Below, one piece after another: positions 9,830 through 18,804 of a stretch of DNA of 38,380 nucleotides. Origin of the DNA: Phycisphaerae bacterium (GTDB taxonomy: Bacteria > Planctomycetota > Phycisphaerae > UBA1845 > Fen-1342); contig JASFQK010000050.1 in the NCBI GenBank assembly GCA_050115495.1, positions 1 to 38,380 of the forward strand. Reading direction: 5' to 3'. A program made the translations under genes and the position numbers. Below the pieces are notes generated by a model. The model was not told the DNA's origin. It saw only the letters and a list, made by a program, of their open reading frames with translations, and ran no database searches. Positions within the stretch are counted from its first letter, which is position 1; each line of letters begins with the position of its first letter.

Positions 9830-11224
9830 ATGGCTTGTATTTGCGTGATTGATGACCAGGCGCTGGTTCGCGAGTCTCTGGCGGCGACGCTTACGGCGCA
9901 GGACCACAAGGTGCTCAGCTTCGGCAATGCCCAGGACGCCCTGACCGAGATGCGGCAGCGGGCGTTCGACGTGGTGCTGACGGATCTGCGCATGCCCGGC
10001 CTGGACGGCGTCGGTCTGCTGCGGGAGATGCGGCGGCTGGGGCTGGACATCCCGGTGATTCTGATGACCGCCTACGCCTCGGTGCAGACCGCCGTGGAGG
10101 CGATGAAGCTCGGGGCGTTCGACTACATCCAGAAGCCGTTTAACGCGGACGAGGTGGCCATCCTGGTCGAGCGTGGCCTCCGCGAGCGGCAACTCGTGCG
10201 CGACAACGAGGTGATGCGCCGCACGATCGAGGATCTGGAGTCTCAGAGGCGGCTTATCGGCGAATCGGCGGGCATACGGCCCGTGCTGGACAAGCTTCAG
10301 CGGGTCGCCCAGAGCGCGGCCACGGTGCTGATCAGCGGTGAGAGCGGCACGGGCAAGGAACTGATCGCCCGGGCCATTCACGCCGCCTCGCCGCGGGCAA
10401 ACCAGCCGCTGCTGTGCGTGAACTGCGCCGCCCTGTCGCCGACGCTGCTGGAGAGTGAGCTCTTCGGCCACGAGCGCGGGGCGTTCACCGGCGCGGATCG
10501 CATGCGCAAGGGACGCTTCGAGCTGGCCGACGGCGGCACGCTGCTACTCGACGAGGTGTCGGAAATCGCTCCGCCGCTGCAAGCCAAGCTGCTGCGCGTG
10601 CTCCAGGAGCGCGAGTTCGAACGGGTGGGCAGCTCGGTGACGCGGCGGATCGACGTGCGCGTGATCGCCACGACGAACCGCGATCTGCGCGACTGGGCGG
10701 CCAAGGCTCGTTTCCGTGAGGACCTGTACTATCGGCTGAGCGTGCTCCCCATCGAGGTGCCGCCGCTACGGGCCCGCCGCGAGGACATCCCGCTGCTCAT
10801 GGATCACTTCGTGGACCGCGTCTGCGCCCGCGAGGGACGGGGTCGGCCGCGCTTCACGCCGGAAGCCCTGCGCCTGCTGAGCGACTACTCGTGGCCGGGG
10901 AACGTGCGCGAGCTCCAGAATCTCTGCGAGCGTGTCTGCGTGCTCGAAGGCGATCAGCCCATCGCTCCGGAAGCGATTCGGCCATTGCTGGTTGGACCGC
11001 TGAAGACGGCCAGTGCGCCGGCAGCCGGTCTGCAATATCGCGATGGACGTATTCTGGCCGACGCCGAGCAGGACCTCATTCTGCGCACGCTGGATCGCTT
11101 CAACGGTCATCGCGAGCGCACAGCCCGCGCCCTGGGCATCGGGTTGCGTACGCTCGGTCTCAAGCTGAAGAAGTGGCGGGAGGACGGCGTGTTGCAGGAG
11201 GCCGGGCACCGCCGCGCCGGCTGA
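9830..11224 (+). CDS. Sigma54-dependent response regulator (NtrC/FleR/FlrC family)
   Basis: REC domain (IDD...TDLRMP...QKP), GESGTGKE, GAFTGA, LLLDEV, WPGNVRELQN, C-terminal Fis-type HTH. Confidence 0.96.
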   Translation: MACICVIDDQALVRESLAATLTAQDHKVLSFGNAQDALTEMRQRAFDVVLTDLRMPGLDGVGLLREMRRLGLDIPVILMTAYASVQTAVEAMKLGAFDYIQKPFNADEVAILVERGLRERQLVRDNEVMRRTIEDLESQRRLIGESAGIRPVLDKLQRVAQSAATVLISGESGTGKELIARAIHAASPRANQPLLCVNCAALSPTLLESELFGHERGAFTGADRMRKGRFELADGGTLLLDEVSEIAPPLQAKLLRVLQEREFERVGSSVTRRIDVRVIATTNRDLRDWAAKARFREDLYYRLSVLPIEVPPLRARREDIPLLMDHFVDRVCAREGRGRPRFTPEALRLLSDYSWPGNVRELQNLCERVCVLEGDQPIAPEAIRPLLVGPLKTASAPAAGLQYRDGRILADAEQDLILRTLDRFNGHRERTARALGIGLRTLGLKLKKWREDGVLQEAGHRRAG

Positions 11225-11253
11225 GCGTGGGCGGTCGCGGCCGCGGGCTGCGG

Positions 11254-11269
11254 CGGCACGGGACTTGCT
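11254..11269 (+). promoter_or_regulatory. Sigma54 (-24/-12) promoter upstream of flgB
   Basis: CGGCAC-GGGAC-TTGCT: GG 11255-11256 and GC 11267-11268 separated by exactly 10 nt; lies directly after the sigma54 activator gene. Confidence 0.85.
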
Positions 11270-11307
11270 ACAACCCTACCCGGACCCCAGACGGGCGAGT
11301 AAACGCG

Positions 11308-11745
11308 ATGTGGATTGATCGATTGCTGGCATCTCGGACGACGCGGGCGGTGGAGCTGGGGGCCGCCTTCGCCGAACAGCGCCATCGTGTGCTGGCCGAA
11401 AACCTGGCCAACGTCGATACGCCCGACTACCACAACAAACGGCTCGATCTCAAGGCCTTTCAGACCTCGCTCCAGGAAGCGCTGACGCAGGCCGAGACGG
11501 CGAACGCCGACCGGCTGGATTTGCGCGGCAACGCGCAATTCTCGACCACGGCGGACGGCGGTGTCGAGGTGGAGCCCGCGGAGGAGCCGGCGGAGAACGT
11601 CCTGTTTCACGACGGGACGAACGCCCGGTTCGAGCGGACGATGGCCGACATCAACGAGAACTCGCTGTTGTACGAGATGACCACGAATTTTCTGCGCGGG
11701 CGTTACCGCCTCATGCTCGATGCCATCAAGGGTAGAGTCTCATGA
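11308..11745 (+). CDS. flgB: Flagellar basal-body rod protein FlgB
   Basis: 'RHRVLAENLANVDTPDY' motif and 'FHDGTN...ERTMADINEN'; start at ATG 11308 within the longer ORF. Confidence 0.92.
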   Translation: MWIDRLLASRTTRAVELGAAFAEQRHRVLAENLANVDTPDYHNKRLDLKAFQTSLQEALTQAETANADRLDLRGNAQFSTTADGGVEVEPAEEPAENVLFHDGTNARFERTMADINENSLLYEMTTNFLRGRYRLMLDAIKGRVS

Positions 11746-12152
11746 TTGACTCGCTCGCTATTTCGAGTTCGGCCCTGGTGGCCCAGCGCACGCGGCTGGA
11801 CATCATTGCCGGCAATATCGCCAATGCAGACGTCACCCGTCAGGACGACGGCACGATTGCGCCTTATCGTCGGCGGTTTGTGACGTTTATGAGCGGAGAT
11901 GGCGAAGGCGGGGCGGGCGTGCGCGTGGACGAGGTGGCGGAGGACCCGTCGGCGTTCCGCATGCGGTTTGCGCCGGAGCATCCGGACCGAATTCGCGAAG
12001 GGCCGCTGGCGGGGTACGTTCAACTGCCGAACGTCAACATCACGATGGAATACGTGGACGCCATGGAAGCGTCGCGGGCCTATGAGGCCAATGCGGCGAT
12101 GATGACCGTGTCCCAGCAGATGATCCGCCAGGCGATTCGCCTGTTCGCCTAG
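11742..12152 (+). CDS. flgC: Flagellar basal-body rod protein FlgC
   Basis: 'AQRTRLDIIAGNIANA', 'PYRRR', 'GYVQLPNVN', 'ASRAYEAN'. Confidence 0.96.
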   Translation: MIDSLAISSSALVAQRTRLDIIAGNIANADVTRQDDGTIAPYRRRFVTFMSGDGEGGAGVRVDEVAEDPSAFRMRFAPEHPDRIREGPLAGYVQLPNVNITMEYVDAMEASRAYEANAAMMTVSQQMIRQAIRLFA

Positions 12153-12190
12153 GCGGCTACTAGGCGGCCTGGCCGCCGGTGAAGAGCGAT

Positions 12191-12502
12191 ATGGTTGATC
12201 CGATCTCTTCGAATCCGCTGAATCCGGCTGGACCGCTGACCCCGGGTAGTGCCTCGGGGAAGGCGGCGGCACCGGCGACCGAGGGGGGCTTCGCCAATGC
12301 CCTGCGCGAGCAGCTCGAGCAGGTCAGCCGTATGCAGGTTGAGGCGGAGGAAGGCGTGCAGAACCTGCTGACCGGGCAGACGCAGAATATCACGGAGGTG
12401 TTCACGGCGGCCCGGAAGGCAGAGGTGGCCTTCAGCCTGTTGTTGGAGATACGCAACAAGCTGACGGATGCCTACCAGGAGCTCAAGCGGATTCAGGTGT
12501 AG
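12191..12502 (+). CDS. fliE: Flagellar hook-basal body protein FliE
   Basis: C-terminal 'KAEVAFSLLLEIRNKLTDAYQELKRIQV'; start at 12191 or GTG 12179. Confidence 0.95.
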   Translation: MVDPISSNPLNPAGPLTPGSASGKAAAPATEGGFANALREQLEQVSRMQVEAEEGVQNLLTGQTQNITEVFTAARKAEVAFSLLLEIRNKLTDAYQELKRIQV

Positions 12503-12517
12503 AGCTCCGACCCTCGG

Positions 12518-12658
12518 CGCCGGCTGCGCGGAGCGCGGGACCGGCGTGTAACGGGGTGCACACCGGCGTGCGGCGGAGACGCACGACCGGACGACGCCAT
12601 CATACCGTCGGTGGAACTGACGGCGACGAAGCGACTTCGATACGCGGCGGAGTCCGCG
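12518..12658 (+). repeat. Cluster of hairpins, mostly with GGA at the apex, in the fliE-fliF spacer
   Basis: CTGCGC-GGA-GCGCGG (12524-12538), CGTGCG-GCGGAGA-CGCACG (12567-12585), CCGTCGGT-GGA-ACTGACGG (12605-12623), CGCGG-CGGAGT-CCGCG (12643-12658). Confidence 0.6.
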
Positions 12659-12671
12659 GGGAGTTGCGCGC

Positions 12672-14405
12672 ATGGGTGCGCTACAGAAGCTGCTGGCCCG
12701 GATCGTGAGCCAACTGCGCGGGCTGAACCTCTCGCAGCGGCTGGCCATCGTGCTGGGCGGCGTGCTGGTGGCAGTCTCGGTGATCTGGATGATCAGCTGG
12801 GCGGCCACCCCGGAGATGGTCCCCCTGCTCGATCAGGACCTCGAGCCGGCGGAGCTGGCCACGGTGCGCTCCGGCCTCGAGCTGATGAACGAGCGCTTCG
12901 AGCTGGTGGGCCAGAAGGTGATGGTGCGCGCCGACGCCAACCGCCAGGTGATCCTCGCCCACCTCCAGCAGCAGGACAAGCTGCCCAATGACACGAGCAT
13001 TGGCTTCGACGCCCTGGTGAAGGAAGCCAACCCGTGGATCTCCCAGGCTGAACACGAACGCCGCTGGGCCGTCGCGCTCAAGCACGAGATCGAGCAGGTC
13101 CTGTCGCAGTTTGACGGCGTGCGCACGGCACGCGTATTCCTGCCGATGGCGACGCAGAGCCGCACGCTGGTGACGCGCACCGCGCCTGCCGCCACGGCCA
13201 GCGTCACGCTGGTCATGCAGGGCGGGCGGCGCGTGAGCCGCGAACTGGCCCTGGCCGCGGCGCGGCAGGTGGCCGGCGCCGTGCGCGGCCTGTCCGTGGA
13301 GAACGTCGAGGTGCTCGACGGCAACGGCGTCAGTGCCATCGACTGGGAAAGCGAATCCAGCGGCATGAGCGCTCTCGACCGCAAGCGCCGCGAGGAAGAG
13401 CGGATGATCCAGAAGAAGATCGCCGCCCAACTCGCCGACCCGAGCTGTCGCGTGGCCGTGCAGGTCGAACTTGAGCACACCAACGTCAACATCGAAAGCG
13501 AAACGCCGAGCAAGCCGGTCGACGTCGAAGTGGAGACGACCGACCGCGAGACGACGCGCGTGCGCAGCTCCGGCCAGCCGGGCGTGCAGCCCAACGTGGG
13601 TGTGGCGGCCGGCGGGCGGGCGGCCGACGAGAGCACCGTCGAAGGAACCAGCCGTGTGAGGTCGGTGCCGGCCATCACCCGCAAGCAGGAAGCGACGCTG
13701 CCCGGCAGCGTGAAGGAGGTTTGGGCCGCGGTCAGCCTTTCGCACAGCTACCTGGCGAGCATCTGCCGCCGGCGCAGTCCCGACGTCACCAGCCCCACCG
13801 AAGAGCAGGTCGAAGAAGTCTTCCGCGAGGAGCAGGCTCGCGTGGTGTCCCAGTTGACCAAGCTGGTCAGGCCGCAGGACGCGGAACACGTGGACGTACG
13901 CTGGCATTACGACGCGGTCGAGGAGATGGAGCCGGCGGCGACGGCGGGCTCGACGCTGGACGAGACGTTCAACCTGGTGCAGCGCTGGGGGCCGCAGTCG
14001 GGACTGGGTCTGCTGGCCCTGCTGTCGCTGGGGTTGATGCTGCGCATGGCCCGCAAGTCGGACAGCAGCGAGGCGTTCGGTCTGGAGATCGGACTGCCGC
14101 AGGAGGCCATCGAAGCGGCCCAGCAGGCGGCCAAGGACGCCAGTAGCGCCGCCCGGCAGCGGCAGCGCCGTAGCGGCGAGCGCGCCGCGCAGGGGGGCGA
14201 GGAGGACGTGCTCACGGTCGGTACCGAGGCGGTCGGCCAGGCGGCGGCCACCGAGGGCGTGCTCGTGGCCCAGGAGGTCGACGAGCGCACCGTGCAGACC
14301 CACAAGATGCTCAGCCAGATCTCCGACGTCGTGGAGCGCGACGGCGACAGCACATCGGCCCTGCTGGAGCAGTGGGTCCAGCAGACGGATTCGTTCAAGA
14401 AGTAA
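12672..14405 (+). CDS. fliF: Flagellar MS-ring protein FliF
   Basis: Two TM segments, 'ARVFLP', 'TASVTLVM', 'AGAVRGLSVENVEVLD'; position between fliE and fliG. Confidence 0.9.
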   Translation: MGALQKLLARIVSQLRGLNLSQRLAIVLGGVLVAVSVIWMISWAATPEMVPLLDQDLEPAELATVRSGLELMNERFELVGQKVMVRADANRQVILAHLQQQDKLPNDTSIGFDALVKEANPWISQAEHERRWAVALKHEIEQVLSQFDGVRTARVFLPMATQSRTLVTRTAPAATASVTLVMQGGRRVSRELALAAARQVAGAVRGLSVENVEVLDGNGVSAIDWESESSGMSALDRKRREEERMIQKKIAAQLADPSCRVAVQVELEHTNVNIESETPSKPVDVEVETTDRETTRVRSSGQPGVQPNVGVAAGGRAADESTVEGTSRVRSVPAITRKQEATLPGSVKEVWAAVSLSHSYLASICRRRSPDVTSPTEEQVEEVFREEQARVVSQLTKLVRPQDAEHVDVRWHYDAVEEMEPAATAGSTLDETFNLVQRWGPQSGLGLLALLSLGLMLRMARKSDSSEAFGLEIGLPQEAIEAAQQAAKDASSAARQRQRRSGERAAQGGEEDVLTVGTEAVGQAAATEGVLVAQEVDERTVQTHKMLSQISDVVERDGDSTSALLEQWVQQTDSFKK

Positions 14406-14417
14406 GGCGGGAGGCAG

Positions 14418-15458
14418 ATGGCGCGCGCGACGCAACGGAACAGGGTGGAGAACCTCGCCGACCTCTCCGGGGTGCGCAAAGCGGCCATCCTGGTCCTGGC
14501 CTTGCGCCAGGACGTCTCCGCCAAGCTGATGCGCGGGCTGGACCGCGACCGGGTGGAGGAGATCACGCGGGAGATCGCCGGGCTGGACTCGGTGCCCAGT
14601 CACCTGCGTGAGGAAGTGGTCACGGAGTTCTACAACCTCGTTCTGGCCCGGCAGTATACGGACCAGGGCGGCCTGTCCCACGCCCGTGCCCTGCTGTTGA
14701 AGACGCTGCCGCCCGACGAGGCCCGCCGCGTCATCGCCACCATCGAACACTCGGTGCACGAGCAGCCGTTCAGCTTTCTCCAGAAGACGGAGAAAGAGAA
14801 CCTCGTCACGTTCCTTCAGGAAGAGCACCCGCAGACGATCGCCCTCGTGCTGTCGCACCTGCCGCCGATCATGGCCAGCGAGATTCTCGTTGGCCTGCCG
14901 ACGGAGCGGCAGATCGAGGTCGTCACGCGCGTGGCCACCATGGACCAGACCTCGCCCGACGTGATCAAGGAGGTCGAGCGCGGCCTGGAGAAGCGGCTGG
15001 CCGGTTTGGTGTCCGAGCGCTTTGAGCGCGTCGGCGGCGTGCCGGCGGTGGCGGAGATTCTGAATCTCGCCGGCCGGGCCGCCGAGAAGGCCATCCTCGA
15101 AGGTCTCGAAGAGCAGGATCCGCAACTGGTGGAAGAGATCCGCCGACTGATGTTCGTCTTCGAGGACATCCTGCGGGTCAACGACAAGGGCATTCAGGCC
15201 GTGCTCAAGGAAGTGGAGAACGAGGAGCTGGCCCTGTCGTTGCGGACGGCGAGCGAAGAGCTCAAGGAGAAGATCTTCCGGAACATGTCCGACCGTGCCG
15301 CCCAGCTCATTCGCGAGGAGATGGAGTTCATGGGTCCGGTGCGGCTCAGCGACGTCGAGGTGGCGCAGCAGAAGATCGTGGACATCGTTCGTCGGCTGGA
15401 GGACGCCGGCGAGGTCATCGTCGCGGGCAAGGGCGGCGAGAAAGACCTGATCGTGTAG
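14418..15458 (+). CDS. fliG: Flagellar motor switch protein FliG
   Basis: KAAIL, EHPQTIALVLSHL, MFVFEDI, MGPVRLSDVE motifs. Confidence 0.98.
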   Translation: MARATQRNRVENLADLSGVRKAAILVLALRQDVSAKLMRGLDRDRVEEITREIAGLDSVPSHLREEVVTEFYNLVLARQYTDQGGLSHARALLLKTLPPDEARRVIATIEHSVHEQPFSFLQKTEKENLVTFLQEEHPQTIALVLSHLPPIMASEILVGLPTERQIEVVTRVATMDQTSPDVIKEVERGLEKRLAGLVSERFERVGGVPAVAEILNLAGRAAEKAILEGLEEQDPQLVEEIRRLMFVFEDILRVNDKGIQAVLKEVENEELALSLRTASEELKEKIFRNMSDRAAQLIREEMEFMGPVRLSDVEVAQQKIVDIVRRLEDAGEVIVAGKGGEKDLIV

Positions 15459-15483
15459 GTCGCGCGGGCAGGGAGGCGCAGCA

Positions 15484-16215
15484 TTGGCGGGCATCATCCG
15501 GCAGGAACAGGTGGCGGCAGCGCGGACCTTCTCGTTCGCCGACCTCGAAAAGCAGGGCCGCGAGGCTGTGCGTCTGGCCCGGGACCAGGCTGCGGCCATC
15601 CTGCAGGAAGCGCGGCGGCAAAGCGTGGCTCTGGCCCAGCAGGCCGAGCAGGAGGGCCACACGCGCGGGCTTGCCGAAGGCCGGGCCGAGGGCGAGAAGC
15701 AGGCTCGCAAAGAGACGCACGCCACGGCAGTCAAGGAGGCTCGCGCGCAAGTCGCCGCGCTGGTCGAGGCGCTGCGGGCGGCGGTGGGCGAGTTCGAGCA
15801 GAGCAAGCGGAGATTGCTGGCCGTGGCGGAGTCGGGTCTGATCGACCTGGCCCTGGCCATCGCCCGCCGCGTGTGCAAGCTGGAGGCCGGGGCCTCGACG
15901 GACACGGCCGTCGGCAACGCCCGCCAATTGCTCGAAATGGTGCAGCACACCGGCGACGCCGAGCTGCGCGTGCATCCGCGTGAGCACGAGGGTTTGCAGG
16001 AGCTCGCCGCCGATTTCCTCGAAGAGACCGGGCGGCTCGGGCATGTGCGCATCGTGCCCGATGAGAGCGTGTCCGCTGGCGGTTGCGTGCTGACCACGCC
16101 GACCGGTGAGATCGACGCTCGCATCGAAACGCAGCTTGATCGCATCGCGGCCGCCCTGCGCGTGACGGAGGCCGCCGCGAAGGTGGAGGAACCAGGTGAC
16201 CGCGAAAGCTGCTGA
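15484..16215 (+). CDS. fliH: Flagellar export protein FliH
   Basis: GxxxG repeats (EGHTRGLAEGRAEG), 'LRVHP', 'GGCVLTTPTGEIDARIETQL'; TTG start with GGGAGG RBS. Confidence 0.93.
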   Translation: MAGIIRQEQVAAARTFSFADLEKQGREAVRLARDQAAAILQEARRQSVALAQQAEQEGHTRGLAEGRAEGEKQARKETHATAVKEARAQVAALVEALRAAVGEFEQSKRRLLAVAESGLIDLALAIARRVCKLEAGASTDTAVGNARQLLEMVQHTGDAELRVHPREHEGLQELAADFLEETGRLGHVRIVPDESVSAGGCVLTTPTGEIDARIETQLDRIAAALRVTEAAAKVEEPGDRESC

Positions 16216-17605
16216 GCCGGCGACGGTCGTGCCCGCCGGGCGTGACTGGCCACTGACGGCCACCGTGCAGGGCGACGTGTTTGCGCACGTGGCCGGCGAG
16301 GTGGCCGGCGTGCTCAGCGAGCAGGCCGTGGGCCGCGTGCGCGCTGTACGCGGGCTGACGGTCAGCGCCGTGGGTTTGCCGGCTCCGGTCGGCGCGCGTT
16401 GTGCGATCCGCACACGCCGCTTTGGACGTATTCTGTCGGAGGTCGTCGGCGTGGCCGGCGGCGAGACGCTGCTGTCCGTCTTCGGCGAGGCGACCGGCAT
16501 CGCTCCTGACGACACGGTGGAGTGCGTCTCCGGACCGCCGCGCGTACCGGTCGGCTTCGACCTGACCGGCCGCGTGATCGACGGGCAGGGGCGTCCGCTC
16601 GATGGGCGTCCGGCGCCGTGGCTGAACGTGCGTTATCCGCTGTATGCCGATCCGCCGCCGGCGATGCAGCGTCGCGTGATCAACGAGCCGCTGGGGCTGG
16701 GGATTCGTTCGCTGGACGGGCTGCTGACGGCGGGCCGTGGGCAGCGGCTGGGGATCTTCGCCGGCACGGGCGTGGGCAAGAGCGTGCTGATGGGGATGAT
16801 CTGTCGGCACACGCAGGCGGATGTGAACGTGATCGCCCTGGTGGGCGAGCGTGGCCGCGAGGTGCGCGAGTTCGTCGAGCGGCAGCTCGGGCCGGAGGGT
16901 CTGGCCCGCAGCGTCGTCGTGGTGTGCACATCGGATGAAGCGCCGGCCCTGCGCGTGCGGGCGTGCTTCCATGCGACGGCGGTGGCGGAGTTCTTCCGCG
17001 ACCAGGGCCTCGACGTGCTGTTCATGATGGACTCGCTGACGCGCGTGGCCATGGCCCAGCGGCAGATTGGTCTGGCCGCCGGCGAGCCGCCCACGGCCAA
17101 GGGCTACCCGCCGAGCGTGTACGCCCTGTTGCCGCGTTTGCTCGAGCGGGCCGGTCGCACGCAGCGTGGCAGCATCACCGGTATCTACACCGTGCTGGTC
17201 GAGGGTGATGACCTGGACGAACCGCTCGCCGACGCCGTGCGTGGCATCCTCGACGGGCACATCTGGCTGTCGCGGCCACTGGCGAATCGCGGTCACTATC
17301 CGGCGGTGGACGTGCTGAACAGCATCAGCCGTGTGGCGGAGGACGTGACGGACGCGGCGCATCACCGGGCGGCGGTGGCCGTCCGTCGGGTGCTGGCGAC
17401 GTGGAACGACATTGAGGACCTGGTAAGTATCGGGGCGTACGTGCCGGGGGCGAACCGGGATTACGACGTGGCCGTGCAGACGCGCGAGGCGATCGGGCAG
17501 TTTCTGCGGCAGGATCGGCAAAGCCGCAGCACGTTCGCCGAGTCCAGCGCCGCTTTGCAGCAGCTCGGCCAGCTCATCGAGCAGGCGGCCGGAGCGAGAA
17601 GATAG
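16196..17605 (+). CDS. fliI: Flagellar export ATPase FliI
   Basis: GQRLGIFAGTGVGKS, GERGREV, MMDSLTR, GEPPTAKGYPPS, DGHIWLSR. Confidence 0.97.
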   Translation: MTAKAAEPATVVPAGRDWPLTATVQGDVFAHVAGEVAGVLSEQAVGRVRAVRGLTVSAVGLPAPVGARCAIRTRRFGRILSEVVGVAGGETLLSVFGEATGIAPDDTVECVSGPPRVPVGFDLTGRVIDGQGRPLDGRPAPWLNVRYPLYADPPPAMQRRVINEPLGLGIRSLDGLLTAGRGQRLGIFAGTGVGKSVLMGMICRHTQADVNVIALVGERGREVREFVERQLGPEGLARSVVVVCTSDEAPALRVRACFHATAVAEFFRDQGLDVLFMMDSLTRVAMAQRQIGLAAGEPPTAKGYPPSVYALLPRLLERAGRTQRGSITGIYTVLVEGDDLDEPLADAVRGILDGHIWLSRPLANRGHYPAVDVLNSISRVAEDVTDAAHHRAAVAVRRVLATWNDIEDLVSIGAYVPGANRDYDVAVQTREAIGQFLRQDRQSRSTFAESSAALQQLGQLIEQAAGARR

Positions 17606-17617
17606 AGGAGGTCCGTC

Positions 17618-18106
17618 GTGGCGCGCCGATTCCGTTTTCCGCTGGAGACGCTGCTGAAGGTGCGGCGGCTGCGCGAGCGGGAAGCCAAGCGCAAAGTTGC
17701 CGCTCAACGCGCAGCGCTTGCGCGGCTGGACCAGTTGGACGAGGCGACGCGGGCGGAAATCGCCAGCCGGCAGCAGGTTCTTCTGGGCGTGCAGCGGCAG
17801 GTGCAGCTCGAGCCGCAGGAGCTGACCCGCGGATGGGCCTGGATCGGCCATTTGCGGCGGACGATCGTGCAACGGCAGGTGCAGCGGGAGGAAATGCTCG
17901 GTGTGCTGGAGAAGCTGCAGGAAGTATATCGCGAGGCTCGCCGGCAGACGCGGGTGATCGAGAAGCTGCGTGAGCGGCGTTGGCAGCAGTACGTTCACGA
18001 CCGGGAGCGTCGGGAGCAGGCCGCCGCCGACGAGCTGGCACAGCAGTTGCACAGCATGCAGCCGGCGACGGATCTGTTGTCCGCCGGCCAGCTTAGTGAC
18101 GGATGA
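17618..18106 (+). CDS. fliJ: Flagellar export protein FliJ
   Basis: 'FRFPLETLLKVR' N-terminus, 'EKLRERR...REQAAADE'. Confidence 0.92.
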   Translation: MARRFRFPLETLLKVRRLREREAKRKVAAQRAALARLDQLDEATRAEIASRQQVLLGVQRQVQLEPQELTRGWAWIGHLRRTIVQRQVQREEMLGVLEKLQEVYREARRQTRVIEKLRERRWQQYVHDRERREQAAADELAQQLHSMQPATDLLSAGQLSDG

Positions 18107-18795
18107 TGGCCAAGATATACAACATTCTGGCGATTATTGGCATTGCCACGACGCTGGCGTTTGCCAGCTTCGCCGGCGTGCTCTTCGGTACGGGCAACCT
18201 GACCGGGGCGCGGCTAGGGACGATCGCGGCGGTGTTGCGCGGCGAACTGGATGACGTCGGCCAGTCCGGAGATGGAACGCCGACGACGCAGGCGGCCGGC
18301 GACGAGACGGGCCGTGGGCCGACGGCGGATGAGATGCGTCAGGCGCGGCAGGCGGACCACCTGCGTGGCTTGCTGCTGGAGCGCGCCCAGCGCGACGTGC
18401 AGGCACGCCAGAAACTGCTCGACCAGGCATTGCAGGGATTGATCGAAGAGCAGGAATCGCTCGCATCGGCGCAGGCCTCGTACAAGGAACAACGCCAGCA
18501 GCTCGTCGCCGAGGATCAGGACCAGGGCTTCGAGCAGGAATTGGCCTACGTCGCCGGCCTGCCGCCTAAGCAGGCGAAAGAGCACATCATCTACGTGTTC
18601 AACAAGCAGCCGATCGACGCGGTGCGTCTGCTGATGCACCTGGATATCGGCAAGGGCAAGCGGATTCTCTCGCAGTTCAAGACTCCCCAGGAACTGCAGA
18701 TCATGTCGCAACTGCTGGAGCAGTTGCGTTTACAGGGTGCGCAAGGTTACGACGCCACAGAGTCAGGGACGACCAACGGCGCTGCATCCCCCTGA
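18103..18795 (+). CDS. MotE/FlbB/YlxF-like membrane-anchored coiled-coil flagellar protein
   Basis: N-terminal TM, coiled coil, C-terminal MgtE_N/FliG-like helical unit (LPPKQAKEHI...AVRLLMHLD...KRILSQF); lies between fliJ and fliK. Confidence 0.65.
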   Translation: MMAKIYNILAIIGIATTLAFASFAGVLFGTGNLTGARLGTIAAVLRGELDDVGQSGDGTPTTQAAGDETGRGPTADEMRQARQADHLRGLLLERAQRDVQARQKLLDQALQGLIEEQESLASAQASYKEQRQQLVAEDQDQGFEQELAYVAGLPPKQAKEHIIYVFNKQPIDAVRLLMHLDIGKGKRILSQFKTPQELQIMSQLLEQLRLQGAQGYDATESGTTNGAASP

Positions 18796-18804
18796 GGTAA
18801 GGCC

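Noticed and set aside
10891..11745. Apparent N-terminally extended FlgB (284 aa)
   Set aside because: The extension overlaps the regulator gene and the sigma54 promoter; the true start is ATG 11308
12681..16253. 1190-aa antisense ORF (and similar ones at 1581-4079, 8651-10471, 15731-18052)
   Set aside because: They shadow well-identified + strand genes; long stop-free antisense frames are expected with strong GC3 bias, and they have no recognisable motifs
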